64,000 bases of DNA from an uncultured Chloroflexia bacterium (GCA_963700285.1 CAVOXA010000001.1:64001-128000), one strand, 5' to 3'; counted from the stretch's first letter, positions 51,890 to 61,621 are shown. Made by a program: numbers and translations. The notes: generated from the letters alone by a model not told the origin.

Positions 51890-51979
51890 CGGCGTCTCCA
51901 TGAGACGCCGTTTTTGATCGCCCAGGTTGTTGGATGACCTACAGTGGCGTCTCTTTACCTCCGAGACGCCGCTTTTTTT
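51890..51979 (+). terminator. Two tandem intrinsic terminators (riboswitch expression platform)
   Basis: CGGCGTCTC-CAT-GAGACGCCG-T5 and AGTGGCGTCTC-9 nt-GAGACGCCGCT-T6. Confidence 0.8.
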
Positions 51980-52019
51980 GTGCCGGTACGAGGAACCTGC
52001 CTGCAAAAGGAAGAACAGG

Positions 52020-53381
52020 ATGGATCAAAGACGATACTATTTTTCTACGCGTGATCTGTTGATGATGGCTGCTCTGGCCGCCTTGGGCGGGGTGACCAGC
52101 ACCTACGTCAACGCCATCGGGGATCTCTTTCAGTCCGTTACTGGATTTGCCGGAACCACCCAGTGGGCCGCCGGCTTGCACGTCCTGTGGTTGACCCTGG
52201 CCGTGGGGCTGACTCGCAAGCAGGGGGCCGGTACCATCACCGGGCTGCTCAAGGGAGGGGTTGAGCTCCTTACCGGCAACACGCACGGCTTGTTGGTTGT
52301 GCTGGTGGATGTCGTGGCCGGCTTGCTGGTGGATCTAGGTTTCCTCCCTTTCAAAAAGAAGGACTCCCTGGCGGCCTACTGCCTGGCCGGAGGACTGGCC
52401 TCGGCCTCCAATGTGTTCGTCTTTCAGCTCTTTGCCTCGGTGCCCGCCGACACGCTGGCCTACTGGGCGCTGCTCTTGGTGGCGGCGGTGGCTTTTCTGT
52501 CTGGGGTGCTGTTCGCCGGGGTCCTGGCCCGAGCGCTGGTCAGTACCTTGCGCCGGGCAGGCGTAGTCAAAGACAGTTCTCCGGTCCCAATGAGCCGCAA
52601 AGCCTATCCCATCTTTCTGGTGGCCGGCACCCTGCTGGCAGTGGCTCTGACCCTATTCTTGCGACAGGCGCTGCGTGGTCCGACGACGGTGTACGTCGGT
52701 GGCGCGGTGGAGGCTGCCTACGACTATCCCCTGGAGAACGACGATATCGCGGAGGTCACCACCGAGGGTACACTGCGGAGTGTCACGACCAACTACACAG
52801 GCATACCGGTCCGTGAGCTCGTCGCCCGGGCCTTGCCGCGGCCCGGCGCTGCGCTGCTTCTGCTCCAGGCCTCCGATGGCTATGCCTTTTTCGTCAGTAT
52901 GTTGGAGGTGGACGAGAACGGCAGCCTGCTGCTGGCTCCGCAGGGCGAGGGCGAAGACGCTTCCTATAACGTGGTTGGAGCGCGAAACAGCAAGGCCTGG
53001 GTGCGGGGTGTCAGCGAGCTGGTTGTGATCGGCACGGCGACCCTGGAAGTGAGCGGCGCATTGGAGCAACCTGTACCCTTTGATCCAGATGATTGGCAGT
53101 TCGAGATGGACAGCATCCTCCTCAAGATAAGCGACAGCCCGCAAAAGTACCAGGGGGTTCCTCTGGGCAAGGTGTTGGGGGCAATGGAGCCACGGCCTGA
53201 GGCAGAGACCGTGGTGCTGGGCACAGAGGATGGGCCGGCCTCGCTTCCTCTGGACAAGGTACTAGGCGACGATAACCTGCGTCTATTCACCGTAATTGAT
53301 GGGGATCTGGTTTCCTTTGCCGTCGCTACTATGGACGGCGAGGTGATTGCCGCGCCGATAGTGTCCATCGAGGTGCGGTAG
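52020..53381 (+). CDS. ECF transporter S component fused to two molybdopterin-oxidoreductase-like domains
   Basis: FSTRDLLMMAALAALGG S-component start, about 6 TM plus an extra TM; YTGIPVREL, ASDGY, WVRGVSEL, YQGVPL. Confidence 0.78.
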   Translation: MDQRRYYFSTRDLLMMAALAALGGVTSTYVNAIGDLFQSVTGFAGTTQWAAGLHVLWLTLAVGLTRKQGAGTITGLLKGGVELLTGNTHGLLVVLVDVVAGLLVDLGFLPFKKKDSLAAYCLAGGLASASNVFVFQLFASVPADTLAYWALLLVAAVAFLSGVLFAGVLARALVSTLRRAGVVKDSSPVPMSRKAYPIFLVAGTLLAVALTLFLRQALRGPTTVYVGGAVEAAYDYPLENDDIAEVTTEGTLRSVTTNYTGIPVRELVARALPRPGAALLLLQASDGYAFFVSMLEVDENGSLLLAPQGEGEDASYNVVGARNSKAWVRGVSELVVIGTATLEVSGALEQPVPFDPDDWQFEMDSILLKISDSPQKYQGVPLGKVLGAMEPRPEAETVVLGTEDGPASLPLDKVLGDDNLRLFTVIDGDLVSFAVATMDGEVIAAPIVSIEVR

Positions 53382-53397
53382 GCTGTCTGGAACTCTG

Positions 53398-54870
53398 GTG
53401 GCTGTGGCAAAGATGATCGCCATTGAGGGGTTAAGCTACCGTTTTGAGGGCGGTAGGCGCGACGCCCTGTGCGATGTGACACTCTCGATCGTGCCAGGGG
53501 AATTTGTGGTTGTTACCGGGCCGTCGGGATGTGGCAAGTCGACCCTGGCCCTGGCCATTGGCGGCTACCTCTTTCGCCAGTATGATGGCCAGGCCAGCGG
53601 TACGGTGACTGTGGCTGGCATGGATGTGCAGGAACGTCCCATCTACGATGTGGCCGAGATCGTCGGATTGGTACAGCAGAATCCCGAGGCCCAGTTCTGC
53701 ACGCTTACGGTGCGGGACGAGGTAGCCTTTGGCCTGGAGAACCGATGCCTGCCCCGCGCCGAGATCCAGGAGCGCATCGCCTGGGCGCTGAGCATCGTCG
53801 GTGCGGAGCATCTGATCGAACGTTCTCTAGCAACTCTCTCGGGTGGGGAGAAGCAAAAAGTTGCTATCGCGGCCATGATGGCGGCCAAACCTCAGATTCT
53901 GATCTTTGACGAGCCGACCTCTAATCTGGATCCCTCGGCGACGGCCGAGGTGTTCGAGGTTATTGCCCACATCCGGGCCAAGGCTGGCATTACCGTACTG
54001 GTCATCGAGCACAAGGTGGACTATTTGCTATCCTTCGAGCCGCGGCTGCTGGCGATGGACGCCGGGTGCGTCGTCTACGATGGACCTTACGAAGGCTATG
54101 CCCGCCCCCTGGTCGGGCGGCCCAAGCAAGCGCTCCCCGTGCCTGACACTGGAGGGGAGCCGATCGTGCGGTTGCAGGGTGCCTGCCTGGGCTACAAGGG
54201 CCGCTCTGTGCTGAGGGATGTCTCCCTCGGCATCTGGCCGGGAGAGTTTGTGGCCGTGATGGGTGACAATGGTTCGGGCAAGACTACGTTTGTGCAGAGC
54301 TTGATGGGCTTGCTCAAGCCGGTGGAAGGCCGGGTCGAGGTTCTGGGCCAGGATATCCACGAGTCCTCCGTGTCGACGCTGGCCCGGAAGGTGGGCTTTG
54401 TCTTTCAGAACCCGGACCACCAGCTTTTCGCGGACAGCGTCTGGCAGGAAGCGGTGTTTGCCCTGCGCAATTTTGATCTCCTGGATGCTGCGGCCAGGGT
54501 ACGGGTTACAGAACTCCTGTCTCGCAGTGGCCTGGGCGACCGGGGCCAAGACCATCCTTACCGTCTGAGCTACGGACAGAAGCGCCGCTTGAACCTGATC
54601 TCTGTGCTGGGCTACGCGCCGCGCCTGATCTTGCTCGACGAAGTACTCATCGGGCAGGATCCGGACAACGCGGCTTTTCTGCTCGACCTGGTAAGAGAGC
54701 AGGTCGAGCAAGGCAGCGCGGCGGTCATGGTCAATCATGCGCCCAAGACGACCCGGCAGTATGCCAGCCGCGTGCTCTTTTTCGACGGCGGCAACGTTGT
54801 CGTGGATGCGGCTCCAGAGCAAGCTTTCGAGCAACTGAAATCGCTGGGAAAAGAAGCCTATGTCACCTGA
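53398..54870 (+). CDS. ECF transporter duplicated ATPase (A-A')
   Basis: GPSGCGKST, QNPEAQ, LSGGEKQK; GDNGSGKT, FQNPDHQ, LSYGQKRR. Confidence 0.9.
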   Translation: MAVAKMIAIEGLSYRFEGGRRDALCDVTLSIVPGEFVVVTGPSGCGKSTLALAIGGYLFRQYDGQASGTVTVAGMDVQERPIYDVAEIVGLVQQNPEAQFCTLTVRDEVAFGLENRCLPRAEIQERIAWALSIVGAEHLIERSLATLSGGEKQKVAIAAMMAAKPQILIFDEPTSNLDPSATAEVFEVIAHIRAKAGITVLVIEHKVDYLLSFEPRLLAMDAGCVVYDGPYEGYARPLVGRPKQALPVPDTGGEPIVRLQGACLGYKGRSVLRDVSLGIWPGEFVAVMGDNGSGKTTFVQSLMGLLKPVEGRVEVLGQDIHESSVSTLARKVGFVFQNPDHQLFADSVWQEAVFALRNFDLLDAAARVRVTELLSRSGLGDRGQDHPYRLSYGQKRRLNLISVLGYAPRLILLDEVLIGQDPDNAAFLLDLVREQVEQGSAAVMVNHAPKTTRQYASRVLFFDGGNVVVDAAPEQAFEQLKSLGKEAYVT

Positions 54871-55651
54871 CTCCCAGTTTGCCTACTCCCGAATCACCTT
54901 TCAGCCCGGCGACTCTTTTCTCCACCACCTGCACCCACTGGTCAAGGCGGCTTGGTTGCTCTTTGGCACCATCTTTGTCTTTGTCGTACGCAGCCCCTGG
55001 CCGGTGATGGTGATGGTAGCCCTGCTGCTGGTAGCCTTTCCCCTGATCGGTGTGCGCTTGGGGCGGTTGCGCGGGGCGCGGCTGTTCATCACGACCGCGC
55101 TGTTCTTGGGAATCCTTCAGGTCATTTTCCGGCAGGAGGGGGCCATCCTGTTCCAACTTGGTCCGCTGACCGTGACGGCGGGCGGCGTGGAGGCTGGGCT
55201 GTACGTGGCCGGGCGCTTTCTGAGCGTCATCCTGCTCAGCTACCTGTTCGTGCTGACCACTGAGCCCAACGACCTGGCCTTCGCCCTGATGCGCGCCGGG
55301 CTGCCCTACCGCTATGGCTTTACTCTGATTACCGCCCTGCGTCTGGTACCAACCTTCGAGCAGGAGGGTCAGATCGTCTACAACGCCCAACTGGCGCGCG
55401 GCGTCCGGTACGACGTGAGAAGCCCGCGCCGTTTTCTGACGCTGGCCCGCCAGTTCTTTCTACCGCTACTGGTCTCGGCGCTGGGCAAGGTGGACAGCCT
55501 GTCGGTGTCGATGGAGGGCCGCTGCTTTGGAAAGTATCGAACGCGGACCTTTCTGCGGGAAGTTCGGGCAACGTGGCGGGATGTGGTGGCACTTAGCCTG
55601 CTGGTGCTGGCGATTGGGTTGCTGGTGGGCTGGCGGCTGGTGAGTTGGTAG
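54860..55651 (+). CDS. ECF transporter T component
   Basis: SFLHHLHPLVK, ALRLVP, AQLARG and SMEGRC conserved Arg motifs. Confidence 0.9.
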   Translation: MSPDSQFAYSRITFQPGDSFLHHLHPLVKAAWLLFGTIFVFVVRSPWPVMVMVALLLVAFPLIGVRLGRLRGARLFITTALFLGILQVIFRQEGAILFQLGPLTVTAGGVEAGLYVAGRFLSVILLSYLFVLTTEPNDLAFALMRAGLPYRYGFTLITALRLVPTFEQEGQIVYNAQLARGVRYDVRSPRRFLTLARQFFLPLLVSALGKVDSLSVSMEGRCFGKYRTRTFLREVRATWRDVVALSLLVLAIGLLVGWRLVSW

Positions 55652-55690
55652 ATTGAGGACGTGGATACCCGGTACACGGGAGGGGAAGGC

Positions 55691-56614
55691 ATGTCAAAAC
55701 TGTGGTTGGTTCTACTGCTTGTCGGGGCATTGATCCTGGGTGGGATTGCCGTGGCGTTTGCGATGAATGCAAAAGCGATGGCGCCCGCACAGTCAGCGCT
55801 TCACTATCCATGGTCCCTGCTCGCCAAAGAGGCACAGACTATGAATGAGTGTGCCGAGTGCCACGAGACGGAGCATTTCCATACCTGCGCCTCGTGCCAC
55901 GACGACCACGGCTCGGCCGAGATGGCCAATGTGCCCTTTAACGCCCTGGTTCATCTGGCGGGTGATGTGCCTGAAGGCGGCTTTATCCCCGTTAATGAAA
56001 TCGTGCCCTACCGTGAGCAGCCCGGCACCCACGTGGCCCTCCTCGACTTTCTGTCCGCTAAGGGTGTGGACGACTTTGAAAGCGTCACCCTGGCCTCGCG
56101 CGATGGAGGGTTTGTGACGATCGACCGCGCCAATCTGACCGGAGAGGCGTTGTTGATGCCCCATGTGGATGGCATCCGCTTCGCTGCCGAGAACCTGCAC
56201 GTGTCCACGTGGCTCAAGGGCATCTCGCGTATTATCGTCGTGGGCGTGGATCGACCGCTGACGGTCGATGGCTACCACACATCGTTTGGGCGGTTGCTGA
56301 TGGGGCCGACCCGCTCGCTGACCATCGACCAGACCGACGTGATGCTCAAAAGCGAGGTCGATGGCGAGATTCGCAAAGCCAAGACAGCAGGCCGCATCGA
56401 GGGCGTACCTGTGGAAAAGATCGTCGAGGGGCCAGACTTTGGGCAACTGACCGTGTACGCTGCGGGTGGCCAAGAGCACGTCCTCTCGGCCAAAGACGCC
56501 AGAGGTGCGCTCCTGGCCCAACTGCGGGGCCGCCCCGAGGTCGTACTGGTGCTGCCGGAACTGGGCCGGGCAGAGTGGGTAACGGGCGTGGTAGAGATTT
56601 CGTCGGAGGAGTAG
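55691..56614 (+). CDS. Exported diheme (2x CxxCH) protein with molybdopterin-oxidoreductase-like domains
   Basis: N-terminal TM/signal; CAECH, CASCH; SRDG, WLKGISRI, WVTGVVEI. Confidence 0.65.
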   Translation: MSKLWLVLLLVGALILGGIAVAFAMNAKAMAPAQSALHYPWSLLAKEAQTMNECAECHETEHFHTCASCHDDHGSAEMANVPFNALVHLAGDVPEGGFIPVNEIVPYREQPGTHVALLDFLSAKGVDDFESVTLASRDGGFVTIDRANLTGEALLMPHVDGIRFAAENLHVSTWLKGISRIIVVGVDRPLTVDGYHTSFGRLLMGPTRSLTIDQTDVMLKSEVDGEIRKAKTAGRIEGVPVEKIVEGPDFGQLTVYAAGGQEHVLSAKDARGALLAQLRGRPEVVLVLPELGRAEWVTGVVEISSEE

Positions 56615-56617
56615 TCA

Positions 56618-57808
56618 ATGTCCCGTCATCTCAGTACACGGGCTGGTTCACAGTCCAGTAGTAGCGGCGGCGGACAGTGGTCCGCCGCGAGCATTCGAAT
56701 CGTATCCTTGGTTCTACTCGTTGTGTTATCGGGCTGTGGTTCTACCTGGAAAGCGACAGTGGTGGCGCCGGACGGTAGCGACTATTTTGTGGACAGCAAG
56801 GTCCTCGACGGCCTGGCCGACTTTGCCGAGGAAGACAAGGGCATGCCCCTGGAGCGCGTGCTGTACAGTGCGGGGCATCGCGCCATCGAGCACCTCGTGG
56901 TCGTGGATGCCGATGGAGTGCGCCGTGCGTTCGACTGGGCCGATGCAGCAGAAGAGGCATGGTGGCGACAGGATGGACAGATCGTCCTCAACGGTGAGGT
57001 ACTCCCGGCGGCGCGGATGGAGGTCGAGCCGCCAGCGCTGCTAGACCGGGTCAGTGCGGAAATCACCGACATCGCGCCGACGGCGGCTGCCGCCCTGGGC
57101 ATCCCAGCTCCGGTGCAGGCCAGTGGTCAGGCGCTGGATGAAGCTACGGCTGACCAGGTGCTGCTCCTGTTCCTGGATGGTTTTGGTTACTCGCGCTATC
57201 GCGAGGCCCTGGATGGTGGACTTGTCCCCAACCTGGCCGCCCTTGGCGAGCCGCAGGTGGCCCTGACCGTCTATCCGCCTTGTACCAGCGTCGGCTCGGC
57301 GGCCTTGCTCACTGGGGCACAGCCGGAAGCGAATGGGGTGGACCGGCGGGGCATTCGCAAGACAGAAACGGAGACTCTGTTCGATGTCGCCGAGGCAGCA
57401 GGGCTGGACGTCGTTGCCGTTGAGGGCGATGCGCTGGCCTTCAACCTGCGCAATTCAGACATGCAGCTTTCGGGAGACCGGGACGGGGATGGCAGCACCG
57501 ACGACAACGTGCTGGCCAATGCGCTGACAGTGCTGGACGAGGGAATGCCCGATCTGTTCTACGTACATTTTCACGGCATCGACGATGCCGGGCACACCTA
57601 CGGCCCAGGCACGCCAGCGGAAGAGGCTGTCATCCGCGAGGTAGACGCAGCCGTGGGCCAGCTACTGGGGAGGCTACCCTCGGATACGCTTATCATCGTT
57701 TTTGCTGACCACGGCATGCACCATGTGATAGAAGAAGGGAGGCTGGGAAATCACGGGCACCTGATCGAGCGGGACATGTTCATACCCATCTGGACAGTGG
57801 GGAAGTGA
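56618..57808 (+). CDS. Lipoprotein of the alkaline phosphatase/nucleotide pyrophosphatase superfamily
   Basis: LSGC lipobox; FLDGFG, PPCT, HGIDDAGH, ADHG, GNHG metal ligands. Confidence 0.8.
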   Translation: MSRHLSTRAGSQSSSSGGGQWSAASIRIVSLVLLVVLSGCGSTWKATVVAPDGSDYFVDSKVLDGLADFAEEDKGMPLERVLYSAGHRAIEHLVVVDADGVRRAFDWADAAEEAWWRQDGQIVLNGEVLPAARMEVEPPALLDRVSAEITDIAPTAAAALGIPAPVQASGQALDEATADQVLLLFLDGFGYSRYREALDGGLVPNLAALGEPQVALTVYPPCTSVGSAALLTGAQPEANGVDRRGIRKTETETLFDVAEAAGLDVVAVEGDALAFNLRNSDMQLSGDRDGDGSTDDNVLANALTVLDEGMPDLFYVHFHGIDDAGHTYGPGTPAEEAVIREVDAAVGQLLGRLPSDTLIIVFADHGMHHVIEEGRLGNHGHLIERDMFIPIWTVGK

Positions 57809-57894
57809 GGAAAAGGATATACTTGCGACAAGTAAACAGGCGAATATCAAGTGCGCAGCCAAGGAATGAAAGGATCATAAAGGGAGGCAAACAA

Positions 57895-58776
57895 ATGGAG
57901 AAAGTAAGAAGGTACTCTGTGTTGGGTGTGGTTGTGCTGGTAGGGGTTCTGCTGGCCGCGGGCCTGGCGGGCTGTGGGGGTGGCAGTGCGCCTGACGTGG
58001 ACTGGGAACTGGCGGTCAGCGGGGACGTTGCGACGCCTCTGACGCTAACCTACGCCAAGCTGGCCGAGATGCCCCAGACGGACCTGGAAAACATCCTGAT
58101 GGAAAAGTCGGTGGGCGAGGATACGACAGGTTCCTGGAGTGGCGTGGATCTGGCAAAGCTCCTTGAGGATGCGGGGGCAAGCGCCGAGTATGCCAGCATC
58201 ACCGCGATAGCCGCCGATGGCTATGCCGTCGAGATCTCTAACGAGGAAACGCAGGACGGTATCGTGGCCCTGAAGGAGAACGGGGAGTGGATCGCGGAGG
58301 CGGATCCGGACCACGGCCCCATCCGCCTGGTCTTTTCCCATACACCGGCCAACCGCTGGGTGTTCCAGATCCAGGAGATTCAGGTGAATGACATGGCCCA
58401 GGGGGGCGGGGGCATTCCCGAGGACGCAGCGCTCAAGATTACGGGCAGCGTCGAAACCGAGGTGGGATGGGCTGAGGACAAGCTGCGCAGCTTTGATACC
58501 ATCGAGGTTGAATCGACCAACAAGGATGGCGAGACCAAGACCTATACCGGCGTAGCTATCAACGACCTGTTGGGCAAAGCAGGGCCAACGAGCGAGGCGA
58601 CAACCCTAGTTCTGATCGCTGACGATGGCTATTCGGCGGAAGTGGCTCTGGTCGAGGTGCAAGCCTGTGAGGATTGTATCGTCTCCTTCCGCAACCAGGG
58701 CGGCTTTAGCACAGTCCTGCCAGGGTTCCCGGGCAATGCTCAGGTCAAGGGCGTAGTCGAGATCCAGGTCAAGTAG
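57895..58776 (+). CDS. Lipoprotein with two molybdopterin-oxidoreductase-like domains (no catalytic Cys)
   Basis: LAGC lipobox; WELAVSGDV, WSGVDLAKLL, AADGY, HGPIRLV; second domain YTGV, ADDGY, CEDC. Confidence 0.78.
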   Translation: MEKVRRYSVLGVVVLVGVLLAAGLAGCGGGSAPDVDWELAVSGDVATPLTLTYAKLAEMPQTDLENILMEKSVGEDTTGSWSGVDLAKLLEDAGASAEYASITAIAADGYAVEISNEETQDGIVALKENGEWIAEADPDHGPIRLVFSHTPANRWVFQIQEIQVNDMAQGGGGIPEDAALKITGSVETEVGWAEDKLRSFDTIEVESTNKDGETKTYTGVAINDLLGKAGPTSEATTLVLIADDGYSAEVALVEVQACEDCIVSFRNQGGFSTVLPGFPGNAQVKGVVEIQVK

Positions 58777-58786
58777 GAGAGATGTC

Positions 58787-59500
58787 ATCGACGAGATCTT
58801 GAGCGGCCTGCTCGAGGCCATCCGCCTGATTGTCACCCTGGACGAAGCCCTATTCGAGATCATAGGCCTATCGCTGCGCGTGTCGGGCACCGCGCTGCTG
58901 TTCAGCACTGTGATCGGCATCCCACTGGGCGCGGTTATGGGCATGAGCCGCTTTGCCGGGCGCAAAATGGTCATTGCCCTGCTCTACACTGGCATGGGCT
59001 TTCCGCCGGTGGTCGTCGGCCTGTTCGTCTACCTGATGCTGTCGCGCAGCGGCCCGCTGGGGCAACTCAACTCACCACTGATCCCGGCCCTGTTCACGCC
59101 GGCGGCTATGGTCGTGGCCCAGACGATCATCTCTTTTCCGCTGGTGGCCGGGTTCACCATGGCTGCCGTCATGGGCGTGGATCCGGCCTTGCGCCAGCAG
59201 GTCCAATCGCTGGGTGCCACCCGCTGGCAGACGACGGTGGCGATCCTGACCGAGGCGCGGATAGGCGTGATTGTATCGGTCATTGCCGGTTTTGGCAGCA
59301 TCATCTCCGAGGTGGGCGCAGTGATGATGGTCGGCGGCAACATCGAGGACCGCACGCGGGTGCTGACTACGGCCATCGTCCTGGAGACCCGCAAGGGCAA
59401 CTTTGACCTGGCCATCGCCATCGGTGTGGTCCTGCTGGGCATCGCGTTCCTGACCAACGTGGGCATGCTGCGCCTGCAAGGGAGGACGTTCGACGAATGA
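58787..59500 (+). CDS. tupB: Tungstate ABC transporter permease (start ATC 58787 or TTG 58799)
   Basis: MGFPPVVVGL, GFGSIISEVGAVMMVGGNI, TRVLTTAI. Confidence 0.88.
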   Translation: MDEILSGLLEAIRLIVTLDEALFEIIGLSLRVSGTALLFSTVIGIPLGAVMGMSRFAGRKMVIALLYTGMGFPPVVVGLFVYLMLSRSGPLGQLNSPLIPALFTPAAMVVAQTIISFPLVAGFTMAAVMGVDPALRQQVQSLGATRWQTTVAILTEARIGVIVSVIAGFGSIISEVGAVMMVGGNIEDRTRVLTTAIVLETRKGNFDLAIAIGVVLLGIAFLTNVGMLRLQGRTFDE

Positions 59501-60228
59501 GCGACACGGTCTATCGTGTGCAGAACGTCAGCAAAGAGTACAACGGCCGGCGCGTACTGCAGGTACAGGAGCTGGAGATCGAGCGTGGTGAGATCCTTGC
59601 CCTGGTCGGTCCCAGCGGCGCGGGCAAGAGTACGCTGCTGCGGCTGCTCAACTTTCTGGAGCCGCCCACCAGCGGAAGCATTCGCTTCCTGGACGCCGAG
59701 TTCAGCGCCAACCAGCCGATGCCTCTGAAACACCGACGTCGGGTGACAACGGTCTTTCAGCGGCCCCTGCTGCTCAACCGCAGCGTGCAGGCCAACGTTG
59801 GCTACGGTCTGAGCTTGCGTGGTCGCCGCAAATCAAGCGACGAGATCGAGAGAGCACTGGAGCAGGTTGGCCTGCTGCATCTGACGCACCAGCGGGCGCG
59901 GACCCTGTCGGGCGGCGAGGCACAGCGGGTGGCCCTGGCGCGTGCCATCGTCCTCCAACCAGATGTGTTGCTGCTGGACGAGCCGACGGCCAACCTGGAT
60001 CCCTACAACGTGGGCCTGATCGAAGAGATCGTGACCAACCTGAATCGAGAACGAGGTACCACGCTGGTGCTGGTGACCCACAACGTCTTTCAGGCCAAGC
60101 GGCTGGCCCACCGGGTAGCCTTGATGCTGGACAGCCAGATCGTGGAAGTGGCCGGAGCCAGGACCTTTTTCGAATCACCGCAGGACTCGCGCACGGCAGC
60201 ATTTGTGCGCGGCGAGATGGTCTATTGA
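59497..60228 (+). CDS. tupC: Tungstate ABC transporter ATPase
   Basis: GPSGAGKST, LSGGEAQR, DEPTANLDP; follows tupB. Confidence 0.85.
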   Translation: MSDTVYRVQNVSKEYNGRRVLQVQELEIERGEILALVGPSGAGKSTLLRLLNFLEPPTSGSIRFLDAEFSANQPMPLKHRRRVTTVFQRPLLLNRSVQANVGYGLSLRGRRKSSDEIERALEQVGLLHLTHQRARTLSGGEAQRVALARAIVLQPDVLLLDEPTANLDPYNVGLIEEIVTNLNRERGTTLVLVTHNVFQAKRLAHRVALMLDSQIVEVAGARTFFESPQDSRTAAFVRGEMVY

Positions 60229-60267
60229 GGCAAGAAATCCCATATCGCAAGAAACAAGGAGGAAACG

Positions 60268-61582
60268 ATGTCAAAGAAAGCATGGATCCTGTTGAGTGTT
60301 TTCGTGCTGTTGGCGAGCATCCTGGTTGGCTGCGGCAGTACCCCTGAGCCGGCCCAGGCGCCAGAGCCCACTGCTATCCCGCCGACAGAGGCGCCAGAGC
60401 CTACCGTTCCACCGCCGACCGAGGCGGCCGAACCAACGGAGCCAGGGAAGCTGATTCTGGCCACGACCACCAGCACCGAGAACTCGGGTTTGCTGGCCTA
60501 TCTCCTACCTCACTTTGAAGAGGAATTCGGTGTGGAGATAGAAGTCATTGCCGTGGGCACCGGCCAGGCTCTCCAGCTGGGCGAGGATGGCAATGCTGAC
60601 GTGCTGATGGTGCATGCCCGCACCAGGGAGGACGCCTTTATGGATGCGGGTCACGGCGTGCGCCGCGAGGACGTGATGTACAATGACTTTGTCATCGTCG
60701 GCCCGCCCGATGACCCGGCAGGCATCCAGGGAATGGGAAGAGCCACCACGGCCATGGCCATGATCGCTGAAGCCGAGGCTGCCCTTTGTCTCGCGCGGCG
60801 ACGATTCGGGCACCCATACCAAGGAGAAGGCGATCTGGGCAGAGACGGGCGTCGAGCCAGCAGGCGACTGGTACATCTCTGCCGGGCAGGGCATGGGCGC
60901 CGTGCTGACCATGGCCGACGAGCAGCAGGCTTATACCCTCAGCGACCGGGCTACCTATCTGGCCCGCACGCTGGAGGGAACCGACCTGGAGATCCTGGTC
61001 GAAGGCGACCCCATCCTGTTCAATCCGTACGGTGTCATGGCCGTCAACCCGGACAAGAATCCCCAGATCAACAACGAGCTGGCCAACAAGTTCATCGACT
61101 GGTTGGTCTCGATGCCTACCCAGGAAATGATCGGCGAGTTCGGCGTGGCCGAGTTTGGCGCGCCCCTCTTTACACCCGACTCGGTAGCCTGGCGCGAGGC
61201 GCAGGGAGGTGGCGAGGAGCCGGCCGGTGATATGGCCCTCAGGATAACGGGCAACGTCAGCCAGGAAGTTGGTTGGACTGAAGAAGAGGTGCGGGCCATG
61301 GAGACCATGGAGGCAGAGTCTACCAACAAGAGCGGTGAGACCAAGACCTACACCGGCGTGTCTGTGAACAAGTTGCTAGAAGAGGCCGGCGTCGCCGACG
61401 GTGCGACCGCGGTCGTCTTTGTCGCCGACGATGGCTACACCGGTGAGCTGACCTTGGAAGAGGTGCAAAACTGCGCCGACTGTATCGTCTCCTTCCGAGA
61501 GCAGGGGGGCTTTAGCACAGTAATGCCTGGTTTCCCCGGGAACGTCCAGGTGAAGGGCGTGATCGAGATCCAAGTCAAGTAG
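60268..61582 (+). CDS. tupA: Tungstate-binding lipoprotein fused to a C-terminal molybdopterin-oxidoreductase-like domain (frameshift near 60783)
   Basis: LVGC lipobox; ATTTSTENSGLL, VMYNDF, FVSRGDDSGTH after the frame change, YTLSDRATY, LFNPY. Confidence 0.88.
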
Positions 61583-61589
61583 GGGAATA

Positions 61590-61621
61590 GACCTGGCAGG
61601 TATTCTGATACCTGCCAGGTC
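61590..61621 (+). terminator. Hairpin after tupA
   Basis: GACCTGGCAGGTAT-TCTG-ATACCTGCCAGGTC. Confidence 0.6.
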
